A stretch of 64,000 nt of DNA from Paramoeba atlantica. Its lineage: Eukaryota; Protista; Discosea. The notes beneath the pieces were generated by a model that did not search any database, was not told the DNA's origin, and was given only the letters and a program-made list of their open reading frames with translations. Positions 7,511-18,012 of this stretch are shown here, in pieces; position 1 is the stretch's first letter; each line of letters starts with the position of its first letter. A program made the translations under genes and the position numbers. Location: positions 558,001-622,000 of the forward strand of contig CDRNVI010000019.1 in NCBI GenBank assembly GCA_977017575.1. Reading direction: 5' to 3'.

Positions 7511-10420
7511 TTATGCCCCTACCAAAGACCCCGCTGGATCCGCCACGGGGATGCGTGACACCATCATCCGGGCCTGCGAACGCATGAGCGTAACATTCAG
7601 CTCCGTCAAGAGTTCATTTCGCGCTTGGCTCCGTGACAGAAACCCCTTGGACGCATTCGCCCGTTGCGTTCCGATATCCCGGAGTAACGCTAGGGCACTT
7701 TCACTCCAGGACCCAAAGGACTCTACAACCATTGCTGTGAAGAGATGCCCGGCTTCGTCTGCTTCTTGTCGCTGTCGCGCCTTGGTCTCGGCATAGTGCG
7801 CGGCAAAAGACCCTGGGGTCACCCAGCTAGCATTACGGACTGAGTCCAAATACTTTAATTGCTGGGCGTGGGTGACCGCAAAGTCCAATACCATGCCTTG
7901 CGCCAGAGTCCCTTTTGCCAAGGATGCAGTGGGCAGGAAGACATCCGCAGGCCTCGTGAGAGCTCCTCCGGGGCCTCGGTTTCCGAGACTCATCTCGCGC
8001 CGTGGTCCCAATTGGGCCTTGGAACAGAAAGATGTGAATTGTTGTGCCAGGGAGTTGTGGCGGGCGATGATGCCATGCCCATTTTTACAGAGCAAGGCGT
8101 GTTCACCGTTCTTGAGGAGAGGGAGGGCACAGCCTTCGGCGGGACAAGGCCTATCCTCTGGGAAAACATCCACCCCCAACCACCAACGTGATAGCGTCCG
8201 GAACTCCGTGGGGGTGAAAGCCAACCCTCTTTGCTTTGAGGGTGTCACAAAAACCCAGTTTCCGGCCCCTTTACCTGACTGAGAAACCCAGCGTGCCCTT
8301 GTTCGGGCGTCTGCCCTTGCGTAAGCAGCATAGAACTCCTGTTCAGCGATTGCGTGGCTCAGGTGTTTTTGTCGTGGTACGATGGTTTCTGGTTCTGTGG
8401 TGTCGGGTAAAAGGGGGTGGCGGAGGGAATGGGAAAGTTTTCTTTTCGCCGGGCGTGACTGGGCGTCCCGTGCCTCGTTGTGGTAGTCTGGTGAGCTTGG
8501 CTTGAGGATACGTCCAGTATACAGATCGACCAGGACAGTCCCAACTTTTTGATTTATTTCGCGTGCCGAATCAAGAAACCCTTCAGCTTCGGCTGCATCC
8601 CACTTATCCTTGTCGGAGGCAAAAGCCACAGAAGAAACGTATGCGGCCGAGTGGTGAAGCAACGATGAGCGAAGGCCGAATCCCCCGTAACGTTTGGGCC
8701 GTTGTAGTTGGTCACGGGCGGGAAGATCAAGAGGAAAAAGTGCGTGTTCCACAGCGCGCATGAGGTGAAAATCCAGCTGTCGACAGAGTTCTCCGAGGCC
8801 TTGGGGAGGGGTGGTACGCAGTGCGTATACCATTTGGCAGAATCCGGCGCACTGCCTTATAAGGGCGAAGGCCACTTGCGGGTCTTCTATCAGGGAAATG
8901 GCTTCCAACGTATCGCGGGCTGGCTCGATCGTGTGTGTCCTTAGGAAATTCGCACAGTGTTCTGGAGAGCCCACCGGACTCCCAAGGATATCAAAGTTTC
9001 CGTCATACCTTATTTTGTCGCTAGGAATGTCGGGGAAAAAAGCAGAGGTGTGGGCAGACGCAGGCGGGGTGATGATTTCACATTTTGAGAGGTTCAGAAA
9101 GAGTCCCCACTGAGTTCCCACTTCCGCGAGAACGTCTAGTGCCTTCCGGACTTCCTGTGGTTCGCCAATGATCACACCATCATCGAGATACCATAACTGT
9201 GTTTGGAGCTTTGTACGCGATGCGATTTCCTCCGTTGCCCCCGACAAAACCAAAGAGAACAGGAGGGGACCTAGGGGATCACCTTGCTGCACGCCCTCGG
9301 CCGAAGGAATTAAATTGTCACCAAATGTTAGACAGCTGTGGTTGGCGTAACACCACTCAACCCATGGGGACAACTCGGGGAAATGCTTTCGCGTGAGGAA
9401 GATAAACACCGGCCTACTGACATTGTTAAAGGCGTTGCGGAGATCCACTTTACAGAAGGTTATATTTTCGTTTTCCATGTTGTTGAGCATCAACCTACGA
9501 CAATTGTGAATGGCTCGCTCTGCTCCGGCGGGCGCCGCGACGCCGTACTGTTTGCAGCCGAAGAAGGAACTTGCCTTTTCCTTTAAAGAAAGACACGCTG
9601 CCTTGCTGACCAAACGTCGTAGCGTTTCCCCCGCAGCAATAGGCCTCACGTCTTCTTCGTCCTTTTCGAGCGCGCAGAGTCGTGCACCTGCAAAGAAGGG
9701 GTGTACTTCATCCGGGCCTCTGCCTGCTAAAAGGTGGTTCACAAAGGACGTGAGCGCCAGGAGTGGATCCATGTTCTGGTCAACATGCTCTTGCAGTGCT
9801 GCTTGTAGGTGTTCGGGTCGAAGACCCATGGTTCCGGCGGAGGAGCCGCGGTGAAAACTATTCACGGCCTTTTTTACTTCCGATTCGTCCAGCTGTAAAA
9901 AGTCTTCTTTCAATGGTGGCAAAGGGCAGGAGATAGGATTCCCGTGGGAGCTAGGATGTTTCCTTTGCAACTTTCGCAATGTTTCTTCGTTGTGCGGCGC
10001 GAGGGGAGCTGCCGTCAGGGCTGCCATTCCTCTGGAAAATTCCCCGTCACGGACCAGAAGTTCTGCTCGTACTATAGCCTTTTCCACGTCGTTCTCGTTG
10101 CTCGTGTTCTTCGGGCGTTTTCTCTCGTGATCGGACACAGCTTGAGACCAAAGGGTCGAGTATTGTCCTTCCATCCAAAGCTCCATTCTTTTGAGAATGT
10201 ACGACGAGTAAGTGATATGGGCTTTGCGGCCTCCTCGGAACGGGGCTGGAAGGACGCACTTTGGAAGTAAGGCAAGGAGCGTCCACGCCCTCACTGAATT
10301 TTCGCGCACCGCTGTGGATAGGGCGTAAGTCAATATCTGGGCCCACATGCGTCGGCATCGGTGTGGGACGTCTTTGCAGGTGTTTATCGGTGTCGTGCAT
10401 ATTTGCTCCAGAGAGGGTAG
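7511..10420 (-). CDS. CRE-clade non-LTR retrotransposon RT + restriction-like endonuclease (lineage C), 5'-truncated
   Basis: EGVQQGDPLGPLLFSL, WYLDDG, CCHC region (CPAEGC...HALLC...RHN), RPAD...LDFAVTH...VESFG. The first ~20 aa of the track ORF come from T-tracts and the E5 end. Confidence 0.9.
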   Translation of the reverse strand, partial: LPSLEQICTTPINTCKDVPHRCRRMWAQILTYALSTAVRENSVRAWTLLALLPKCVLPAPFRGGRKAHITYSSYILKRMELWMEGQYSTLWSQAVSDHERKRPKNTSNENDVEKAIVRAELLVRDGEFSRGMAALTAAPLAPHNEETLRKLQRKHPSSHGNPISCPLPPLKEDFLQLDESEVKKAVNSFHRGSSAGTMGLRPEHLQAALQEHVDQNMDPLLALTSFVNHLLAGRGPDEVHPFFAGARLCALEKDEEDVRPIAAGETLRRLVSKAACLSLKEKASSFFGCKQYGVAAPAGAERAIHNCRRLMLNNMENENITFCKVDLRNAFNNVSRPVFIFLTRKHFPELSPWVEWCYANHSCLTFGDNLIPSAEGVQQGDPLGPLLFSLVLSGATEEIASRTKLQTQLWYLDDGVIIGEPQEVRKALDVLAEVGTQWGLFLNLSKCEIITPPASAHTSAFFPDIPSDKIRYDGNFDILGSPVGSPEHCANFLRTHTIEPARDTLEAISLIEDPQVAFALIRQCAGFCQMVYALRTTPPQGLGELCRQLDFHLMRAVEHALFPLDLPARDQLQRPKRYGGFGLRSSLLHHSAAYVSSVAFASDKDKWDAAEAEGFLDSAREINQKVGTVLVDLYTGRILKPSSPDYHNEARDAQSRPAKRKLSHSLRHPLLPDTTEPETIVPRQKHLSHAIAEQEFYAAYARADARTRARWVSQSGKGAGNWVFVTPSKQRGLAFTPTEFRTLSRWWLGVDVFPEDRPCPAEGCALPLLKNGEHALLCKNGHGIIARHNSLAQQFTSFCSKAQLGPRREMSLGNRGPGGALTRPADVFLPTASLAKGTLAQGMVLDFAVTHAQQLKYLDSVRNASWVTPGSFAAHYAETKARQRQEADEAGHLFTAMVVESFGSWSESALALLRDIGTQRANASKGFLSRSQARNELLTELNVTLMRSQARMMVSRIPVADPAGSLVGA

Positions 10421-12472
10421 CTTTTTTTTTTTGTTAAGACACTTTTTTTTTCTATGAGACTGATCTCCATGCGAAGCGAACATGTTAGAAAGTAACCAAT
10501 AAGTAAATTCAACTAGTAGTATATATTTCTGTTGGCATTTTTCATCAGCATAAGAAGTAATTTAAATCACACACAGTTGTTAATGGTCCCTCCTTGTGAA
10601 AGACCTTCTTGATTGTTTTGTGCACCAATTATTTTATGTTAGTGTTTTCTGAAAAACTCTGTGGATCTATAACAATAAATCAGTCTTTCGGAAAACCCAA
10701 CAGAAATATACGATTTTTTACATATAAAAAATCCATTTATGAATAAATTTTCTTTTTTCTATGAGACTGATCTCCATGCGAAGCGAACATGTTAGAAAGT
10801 AACCAATAAGTAAATTCAACTAGTAGTATATATTTCTGTTGGCATTTTTCATCAGCATAAGAAGTAATTTAAATCACACACAGTTGTTAATGGTCCCTCC
10901 TTGTGAAAGACCTTCTTGATTGTTTTGTGCACCAATTATTTTATGTTAGTGTTTTCTGAAAAACTCTGTGGATCGACGCCATGCCTGTCGCCAGCGTCGC
11001 CTAGAGTGTGACTCCAGCCAATGCTCTGGAGGGCTTGTCTGCCGGATTCTTATCCGAGGAACACCAGATTACGTTACCAATGACCCCCTTCACCTTGAAC
11101 CATAGCAGCCTTTCAAGCTATCTCATCACTTTTGGTGGCCCTGCCCGCCAGCGCGTCAACCACGATACTACATTTTTGTTATTCGAAACAATTGTACCAT
11201 TCTGTATACCTAAACTATGAAGAAGCTTCATCCCCTGCTCTGCGGCGAATAATTCCTTGTACGCTATAGGTGAATCGTGTAACCAGGTAGGGAACCGTCC
11301 AGCCCTGTATTTCAGAGTGTCTTGCTCTGTCCAGGCCAACCCCCATCCGTGCTCCGAGGCATCCACGAAGATTTCAAACGGCGCAATCTGGTTCTCTCTA
11401 ACTTTACGTGGTTGGTTTTCTTCTACCTTCTGAATCAATGCGACCAAAGCAGCGATAAAGGACGTTGACATGGCGCAAGGTTTGTCCCATAAAGAAGAAT
11501 CGAACGCCAACCTCCGCGACCGACCTCTAACCCAAATCATTACACCCATGAATTGACATTGTTTTATTCCCAAGATTCGTGTGGCCCAAAATAGAGTTCC
11601 GAGCACTTTCCAGATCAATCGATGAGAAGGGAAAAACTTTTGTCTTTTTAGAGTCTCAAACGCCTCTCGTAAAGCCGCCAGCTTCTGAAGAAAGGGTTCG
11701 GGCAAAGCGAGCGTTTTTTGCGTTAAATCCACCTGCACTCCCAATATTGTGCCCTTCTTAGAGGGAGAAGTGGTAACGACAACCTCTGCACCCACTTTGG
11801 TCGCTCGCTGTTGAATGCTTCGTAAATCCTGTAGCAATGTCTCTTCGTCCTTCGCAAAGGTGTATCCATTGTCAATGAAGGTCAATGATCGTCCGTTTGC
11901 ACCTATGTTGTATATCACGTTTGTAGCCGCGTGGGCAATCTTGACAGAAGCCTGCCAGCCCATTGGTAATGTGGACCAGCCATAGGTGCGACCTTTAATG
12001 CGCACGGCGAAATACGGGAGCAGTTGTTCAGGTAAGGAAAATTGATGATACCAGCTTTTGCCATCGGTCTCGCAGAAATACTCATTGTACGCCACTAATT
12101 CTTCAATGTCCTCAAGGCGCGCAAGATTTAGTGGTCCCGGAACCATTTCCTGCATTTCATTGAGAGGTATGGCATTCAAAATCACTCTCATGGCCTTCTT
12201 CTTTTGTTTAGGCACCAGAAACGAAGTCATCCAGACACGTACAGAACGTCGGGGTATATACTTCACAATCTTGGCTTTCAGCATATCGCCAAGTACGGGT
12301 TCTAACCTACGCGATTCACCTCGATATCGCAGATCGCGGGGTTTTATTAATAATTCAATAAATTTTTTGTAGTTAAAAATATATGCAAACAGCTCAGCCT
12401 CTTCCTTCATTCCTTCTTGTGTGGCCATTTTTATCAACTCCGAAATGTTGATTCTGGCTGACGAGACCGTGT

Positions 12473-14710
12473 CTAGCGGCCAGTCTCGCTCACAGGGGCG
12501 GATTCTCTCTCCTCGTCGGGCTGGTCGATTTCCAAAGAGTCGCATATTTGCGTACGTTGGGTATGCGACGAAATCGCGTAAGATTTCCCATGGAGAGGTG
12601 CTCGCACCGACAGGTGCGGCGACGCAGGCTCGCCCATAATGGTGCTGAACCTCGCCTTTTTCTTCTGATTGAAAATTGATGCTAACTCCTCCTGTTCGTC
12701 GTACTGATTTTCCCACTCCATTGTCTGCTCGACCCCTTCTATATACTCGCTGAGCGTCTTTTGTTCGTCGCGCTTGCGTTTCCTGGTTCGTAACGGGTCG
12801 GAAAAATTTGCGTTCAGCGGGTCGATAAGATATTTCGGCAGACGGGGCTTGGGCCGCGGCGTATCCGTCAGAGAAACGTTGGGAAGCATGTGAACCATCC
12901 CGCGCGAAAAATCTTTTTGACACCACGTGGGGTTTTCTGTCGTCCCCATTTCCTGTAATACCTCCCGTTCGATCGTCATATACGGATAAGGAAGGTTTTC
13001 CCCAAGCGGAACTGGTCGTGACGCGGGGGTGAAGCACGGGGTCGGGAGTTCGGGAATCATGACACAATGTGTTATTGGCGCCGATCGAGGGGTGTTCTTT
13101 GCAGAATGACTGTGTGGGGAAGGCGTGTGGGGGATTGGAGGGAGGGAATCGATCACGGGATTTATGACGTCTTCTATAGCGGGGTTTATGACGTCTTCTA
13201 CGGTTTTGCAGGGCGGAAAAATCGGACGACTGAGCCGCGACTCCTCCCCGTGGGAGTCCGATTCCATGTGAATCGGGGTAGGAGTAAACTGTAGACGCCG
13301 AGGCGGACTCGACTCCAAGGCAGACGCCAGACAACTCAACGGCGTCTGGATCTCCGTGTGGGCAACTGGATTTTGGGGAGTCGGTGCTGGGGAGAACTCT
13401 AGACACCGCGGCAGACTTTCTAGTGCGGGCATTGGTGTCTTCGTTGCCCTCTGTTCGGTATTGTTGATGCTTAATTGGGGCGGTTCCCGAGTGTTGCCGC
13501 TCCTGTTTCCCGTTTGGCCCACTGTTTCTTCTGGAGGATCGATTAACATTTCTTCTGGAGGTTCGATCGCCAAGGTGGGTATTGCTCGATGATTTGACGT
13601 TTCCGCTTCGGGGTGTTCGTGGGGAACTCTCGCGTCGCGTCCCAGCATGCGTGTTGTTTCGAGCCCCGCCACTGCATGCGGATCTAGAAACGACCCTAGG
13701 TAGGCCCGCAGGGACGATTCCGATACATGACGAGTGAGATGTTGAATTTCCCTGGCACTTATCCCCGATGCAGCGAGGTGCTGAAGGGAGCCTCGTCTTA
13801 TCGAATACAACGTATGGTGTTCCTTGAGCAATGGGTGGTAATTGTCGACCGGAATTTGCCGTATCTGTTGGTCGATGCGACGAAGATCTATCGGGAATAA
13901 ATTTTCGGATGCATTTTGCCGGCTGTTCCAAACATGATTCTCGATCAATTTCCTCCAAAATCCCGGTACGAACATTCTCACACACCGAGGAGATAGCCTT
14001 TCTTGAGTATTCGTGTTTTTGCAGTGCTGATACATCCATAGGTTGACTTGCAATTCGTTGTTTATCGTACTCATGGCCACATCTTTCACTTTCTGACGCA
14101 TTAAATCTCCCGGGCGTTGACCCGAGAGCCAATAGATTGCTAGAAAGGCTTTCTCTTCGGTGAATAGCGCCGAACTTCCAATGAGGTTTTTTATATGGGT
14201 CAAGCCTAAGGGATTCGCTCTCTGCGCCGGACATGCTCTGCGATACATAGCTCCCTTTAAGGCTTCTATTTTTGATTTTTGAAGGACCAGTCCCCGGAGG
14301 GCGTACTCGTTTTCTAGATGACAAAGGTATTGAACTATCGTTTGACCCTTGAGTCCCTCTGACTCGCTTAGATGAATACAGAAACTCGCTAGATAAATTT
14401 CCTCTTCGAGAAAATGTCCGTATTCCTTGAGAAGTGCCGCATAGCTCTGGTACCGGCGCCAGACTCGGCACATTATGTCCCTGGTCCCTTCCGCGTATTT
14501 CTCGCGAAAGACGTCTTCTGCTTTCCTCACTTCCAGACAGGCTGTTTGCTCTTCTATTTTTAATAAATCTATAATTTTTGGTGCGTAATCTGTTGAAATA
14601 ATTTCTTCCAGAAAAGATCGGCCGGCGCCGAGGAAACATTGCATTGGGGTTACTGTACGGTCTTTTCTCTCCCCGTACAGCTTGATGGGGCGTCCGGCCC
14701 CGGGGCCGGA
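12473..14710 (-). CDS. E5 tyrosine recombinase with a long Pro/Ser-rich C-terminal tail, in frame behind the gag TGA
   Basis: GQRPGD (R), YSIRRG, RHVS, LRAY. 22 open codons link the gag stop to the ATG at 14644. Confidence 0.85.
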   Translation of the reverse strand, partial: SGPGAGRPIKLYGERKDRTVTPMQCFLGAGRSFLEEIISTDYAPKIIDLLKIEEQTACLEVRKAEDVFREKYAEGTRDIMCRVWRRYQSYAALLKEYGHFLEEEIYLASFCIHLSESEGLKGQTIVQYLCHLENEYALRGLVLQKSKIEALKGAMYRRACPAQRANPLGLTHIKNLIGSSALFTEEKAFLAIYWLSGQRPGDLMRQKVKDVAMSTINNELQVNLWMYQHCKNTNTQERLSPRCVRMFVPGFWRKLIENHVWNSRQNASENLFPIDLRRIDQQIRQIPVDNYHPLLKEHHTLYSIRRGSLQHLAASGISAREIQHLTRHVSESSLRAYLGSFLDPHAVAGLETTRMLGRDARVPHEHPEAETSNHRAIPTLAIEPPEEMLIDPPEETVGQTGNRSGNTREPPQLSINNTEQRATKTPMPALESLPRCLEFSPAPTPQNPVAHTEIQTPLSCLASALESSPPRRLQFTPTPIHMESDSHGEESRLSRPIFPPCKTVEDVINPAIEDVINPVIDSLPPIPHTPSPHSHSAKNTPRSAPITHCVMIPELPTPCFTPASRPVPLGENLPYPYMTIEREVLQEMGTTENPTWCQKDFSRGMVHMLPNVSLTDTPRPKPRLPKYLIDPLNANFSDPLRTRKRKRDEQKTLSEYIEGVEQTMEWENQYDEQEELASIFNQKKKARFSTIMGEPASPHLSVRAPLHGKSYAISSHTQRTQICDSLEIDQPDEERESAPVSETGR

Positions 14711-15496
14711 TCATTGAGATCCGGCGTTGGCCTGGCCGTTGTGGGAGGCCAGTCCCCGTCCACCTCGGGCGCGGCCGAATCCTCGGCTGTAACCTCGCGT
14801 ACGTTCTCCGAACCCGCGCCCTCCTCCGTTTTTTGCAGCCATCGCTGCACCTTGAGCGATGGAAGTATTCTGATAGTACATCATGGTTGCCTCGTGAGCA
14901 GTGGTATACTGATCGTCCATAGGCGCACTTCGCGCTGTTTCTTTCCAGTACCGTCCGTACTCTCGTCCGAACTTATGCTTGTACCGCAGGTAATGTAAAT
15001 TCTCGAAAGCGGGCTCAACCGACATCATGGAAAACGGACGCCCCGCTCGAGCATGCCCCCCGCAGTCCTCCAAATGCTTAGATATCGTATCCAGGCTTTC
15101 TCGCAGACTGATCGCGTCACCTGCGACTGCACCAGGATCTTTCGAATTACCGAAATGCTTGCGGATCTCATGCTCCAATCGCCCGATCAGATTTCGTCGA
15201 TAGAGTTCACTGCAGAAGTGCCGATATTCCCATTCTTTAGGACGGAACAGCTTATCCTGGGGAAGGTCATGTGCTGCCGGATCGTACCCACTCGGCGCAG
15301 TGACGTTTTTCGCAGCCATTCCGAGGGCTTCACGTATCTGAGCAGATTGTCGTTCAACTGTCGCCTCTAAAAGACCAATTCTTTCCTTATCGATTTGCGC
15401 AGTGGCCATCATTTCCTCCATGCGCTTCATCATCCGCGTGTTTTCACTCAACTGGAGAACTACATCTCGAGGTGACGGTGGCTGACCTTCGGACAT
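14711..15496 (-). CDS. E5 Gag-like ORF (coiled-coil N-terminus, RGG-rich C-terminus, no CCHC)
   Basis: 261 aa, first ORF after repeat A1, ends GGGRGFG...RGGRG. Confidence 0.7.
   Translation of the reverse strand: MSEGQPPSPRDVVLQLSENTRMMKRMEEMMATAQIDKERIGLLEATVERQSAQIREALGMAAKNVTAPSGYDPAAHDLPQDKLFRPKEWEYRHFCSELYRRNLIGRLEHEIRKHFGNSKDPGAVAGDAISLRESLDTISKHLEDCGGHARAGRPFSMMSVEPAFENLHYLRYKHKFGREYGRYWKETARSAPMDDQYTTAHEATMMYYQNTSIAQGAAMAAKNGGGRGFGERTRGYSRGFGRARGGRGLASHNGQANAGSQ
14828..14834 (-). promoter_or_regulatory. Candidate -1 frameshift heptamer A_AAA_AAC (E5)
   Basis: Canonical heptamer in gag phase, a 6-nt spacer, then an 8-bp stem GGGCGCGG/CCGCGCCC (14814-14821 with 14767-14774). The -1 frame is open into RT. 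Confidence 0.75.
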
Positions 15497-15642
15497 TGTA
15501 GATGGACGATTTGTTAGTGTTTTCTGAAAAACTCTGTGGATCTATAACAATAAATCAGTCTTTCGGAAAACCCAACAGAAATATACGATTTTTTACATAT
15601 AAAAAATCCATTTATGAATAAATTTTCTTTTTTTTTTTTTTT

Positions 15643-15783
15643 GTGTTTTCTCCTCTTGGGCAAAAGTCACATAAGAATAAAATCAATTTCACGCGAAAAT
15701 GCATACAGTTCATACACGTACATAATTATTAACAAACCCTATTCAAATATAATCCCTCCTGAATTTCAATCCGTAAACTTTTA
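15643..15783 (-). mobile_element. Orphan YR-element terminal (A-type) remnant
   Basis: Ends in atttc-aatccgtaaactttta, the same terminus motif as E1-E4. No associated ORFs. Confidence 0.5.
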
Positions 15784-15789
15784 GAAACA

Positions 15790-17775
15790 CATTCCTGCCA
15801 TTGTTCCTTCATATCGCATAGTCTGTACCCCGTTTGTCCTTCTCAAGAAAGGATCTCAGCTGCGAATATACAACAGCTCCATTCAACTCGCAGGAAAAGT
15901 TCTTAGCGCAAGAAAAGCACGCTCGCAGGAAAAGTTCTTAGCGAAGCCGGAGTACGACAAGGTTCGCCACTTTCGACGCTGTATTTTTGTGCATATCTCC
16001 AACCGATCCTCGAAACCCTGGCAGCTAAACATCCAGAGATCGAAATCCATGCATACATAGACGACATCAATCTCACGTCACATATGCCTTCCGAGATAGC
16101 AAAAGCGTTTGAACGCCTGAAAGCATTACTGGCAGAGAGCAGCATTGAGCTCTCCGCTCAGAAATGTGTATGGTTCGGCAGACTGCAAGGTACAGAGATG
16201 CCAACGAGCTTGAAGGAAGTGGGGGTCCGGAATGAAGAAGATGCTACCAAAATTCTTGGAGCGTTTATAGGGAAGGAGGAAACGATAAGTGAGAAGTTAC
16301 TACAGCGAGTCGACAAACACAAGGACATATTCAGACGACTGAAATCGATGGGCATGAGCAACGCATCGCTTATAATCCTGTCGAAGTGTGTCAATGTACG
16401 ACAGCAATTTCACATGAGAGTGCACAGCCCAGCGGCCACCGAAAAATGCGCACAGCTCTTCGACAATCAAGTGGAAGAAGTCCTAGAAACCTGGTTGGGT
16501 AAATTGCAAAAACAACAGATGGACATCGCACGTCTACCAATTAAGAAGGGAGGGTTGGGTCTCACGTCATGCTACCACACGCGAGAAGCAGCATACAATG
16601 CGTCCAGACACGCGGCTCTGAAGCAAAGAAAATCCTTTTCAGCTCGAGCCACGTCAACGGAAGCCAGGTGCACCGACAGCGTAAATTCAGTTCAGAAAAA
16701 TACGTCACCCCCCCCTACAGACGAACTCGCCACAGCTGCGAAACTCCACGAACATGCCTGGAACAAACTCTTTAACGATCCAGAAATAGCACCAATCCTG
16801 AGGGCCACTACCACCAAAGGGAGTTACGACTGGCTTATGTCACATACGAGATATATTCCACCCCACGTTTTTGAATTAGCCATAATGCCGAGATTGGGGA
16901 TAGAACATCCGCGCCTGCCGAAAAGCTTGCTATGCCCAGGATGCCGTTCCATACTCGACAACAGATCAGCTCTCACTCACATCAGTGGATGTGCGCAATG
17001 CTCTGGTATCAATGCCTCCGTGAAGCACAACATGCTGGTGAAATTCTTCCACGACCTTTGCATGCGCGCAGGGATACCATGTGAGAGTGAACCTCGAGCA
17101 TTCAGTAACTGGACGTGCACTACGTGTAGAAATGTGGTAAGCCGAGAAAGCCAACCTACGCACAGCAAAATATGTACAGGACGGCACCTTCATCGATCTG
17201 GGCCAGACCTTGTGATATACTGGGACACAGGAGCTATATTTTATGATCTTACCGTCGTGCACGAGATGACACCTTCCCACATAAATAAGAAAAGCTCTCA
17301 ATTGATCCGTGACGTCATTCATCGCAAAATGGAAACTTACGTCGCAACGGGACATACATTTTAATTTCGTCTGTTTTAGAAAATAGGATAAACTAAACTC
17401 TTCAATTCTTGCAGAAGTGTAACTCATTAAATATTAGACTCATTCCATGTGCTATACGTTCTTCTATTTTCTTCTAATGGTTCTTCTATTTTCTTCTAAT
17501 GCTCACTAGATGAAGGCTAAGTATGGTTTGCTTTGAAAATACGGCTAGGATTACAAAATCCCACACGGGGAATGATCGCCCAAGAATCGTTCCAATGCAT
17601 TCCGATTCTGTCCTCCGGATCACTACACGCGAACACACGCAATCTGATCAGAGCCTTGGCAGACGCTTGTCTTCTGAACGCCCGCGAGACGGAACTCTCG
17701 TTCAAGCTACTGTTGCAAAACTTCAACGGCCTCGTGGTATACTCCCAACTTCGGGAGCACCTCGAAGACAAGTAA
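15790..17775 (+). pseudogene. CRE-type RT-RLE 3' portion (lineage B), interrupted by a ~219-bp AT-rich insert
   Basis: AGVRQGSPLSTLYF, AYIDD, GPDLVIYW. YVATG (17352) joins MIAQESFQC (17572) and the frame ends LREHLEDK*. Confidence 0.88.
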
Positions 17776-18012
17776 TAGATTTTAGAAATATTCTATAATG
17801 GTGAAATAGCTGAGAGATAATATCCGTTGACATCTAAATATTATATATTTTCTATTTTATACGGAGATAGTTTCTCTTCGAAAATTGAGAGAAGGGGGGA
17901 AGGAGCACATTTCTCATTTTCCTACGTGGCTTCCTGCTGTAGGGAGCTTATAGGATTTCACAGGAGAAATGCCTCCGAGAATGTTTTGCTTTGGTTGATT
18001 CTGAATCTGATT

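Larger units (their letters stand above)
11001..14834 (-). pseudogene. E5 RT-RNase H (-1 frame) with a premature TAG at 11118-11120
   Basis: TDGKSWYHQF, LPMGW, FIDN, FVDASEHGWG. After the TAG the frame continues LERLLWF...NPADKPSR to a stop at 11001. Confidence 0.85.
10443..15633 (-). mobile_element. E5: divergent YR retrotransposon with split direct repeats, sitting in T-tracts, probably inactivated
   Basis: A1 15512-~15633 = A2 10637-~10758 and B1 ~10753-10974 = B2 ~10443-10667. Encodes gag, YR and RT/RH. Confidence 0.9.

Noticed and set aside
7511-10483. N-terminal ~20 aa of the 990-aa ORF as a real start
   Set aside because: It is read from T-tracts and the E5 B2 repeat. The CRE is 5'-truncated near 10420.
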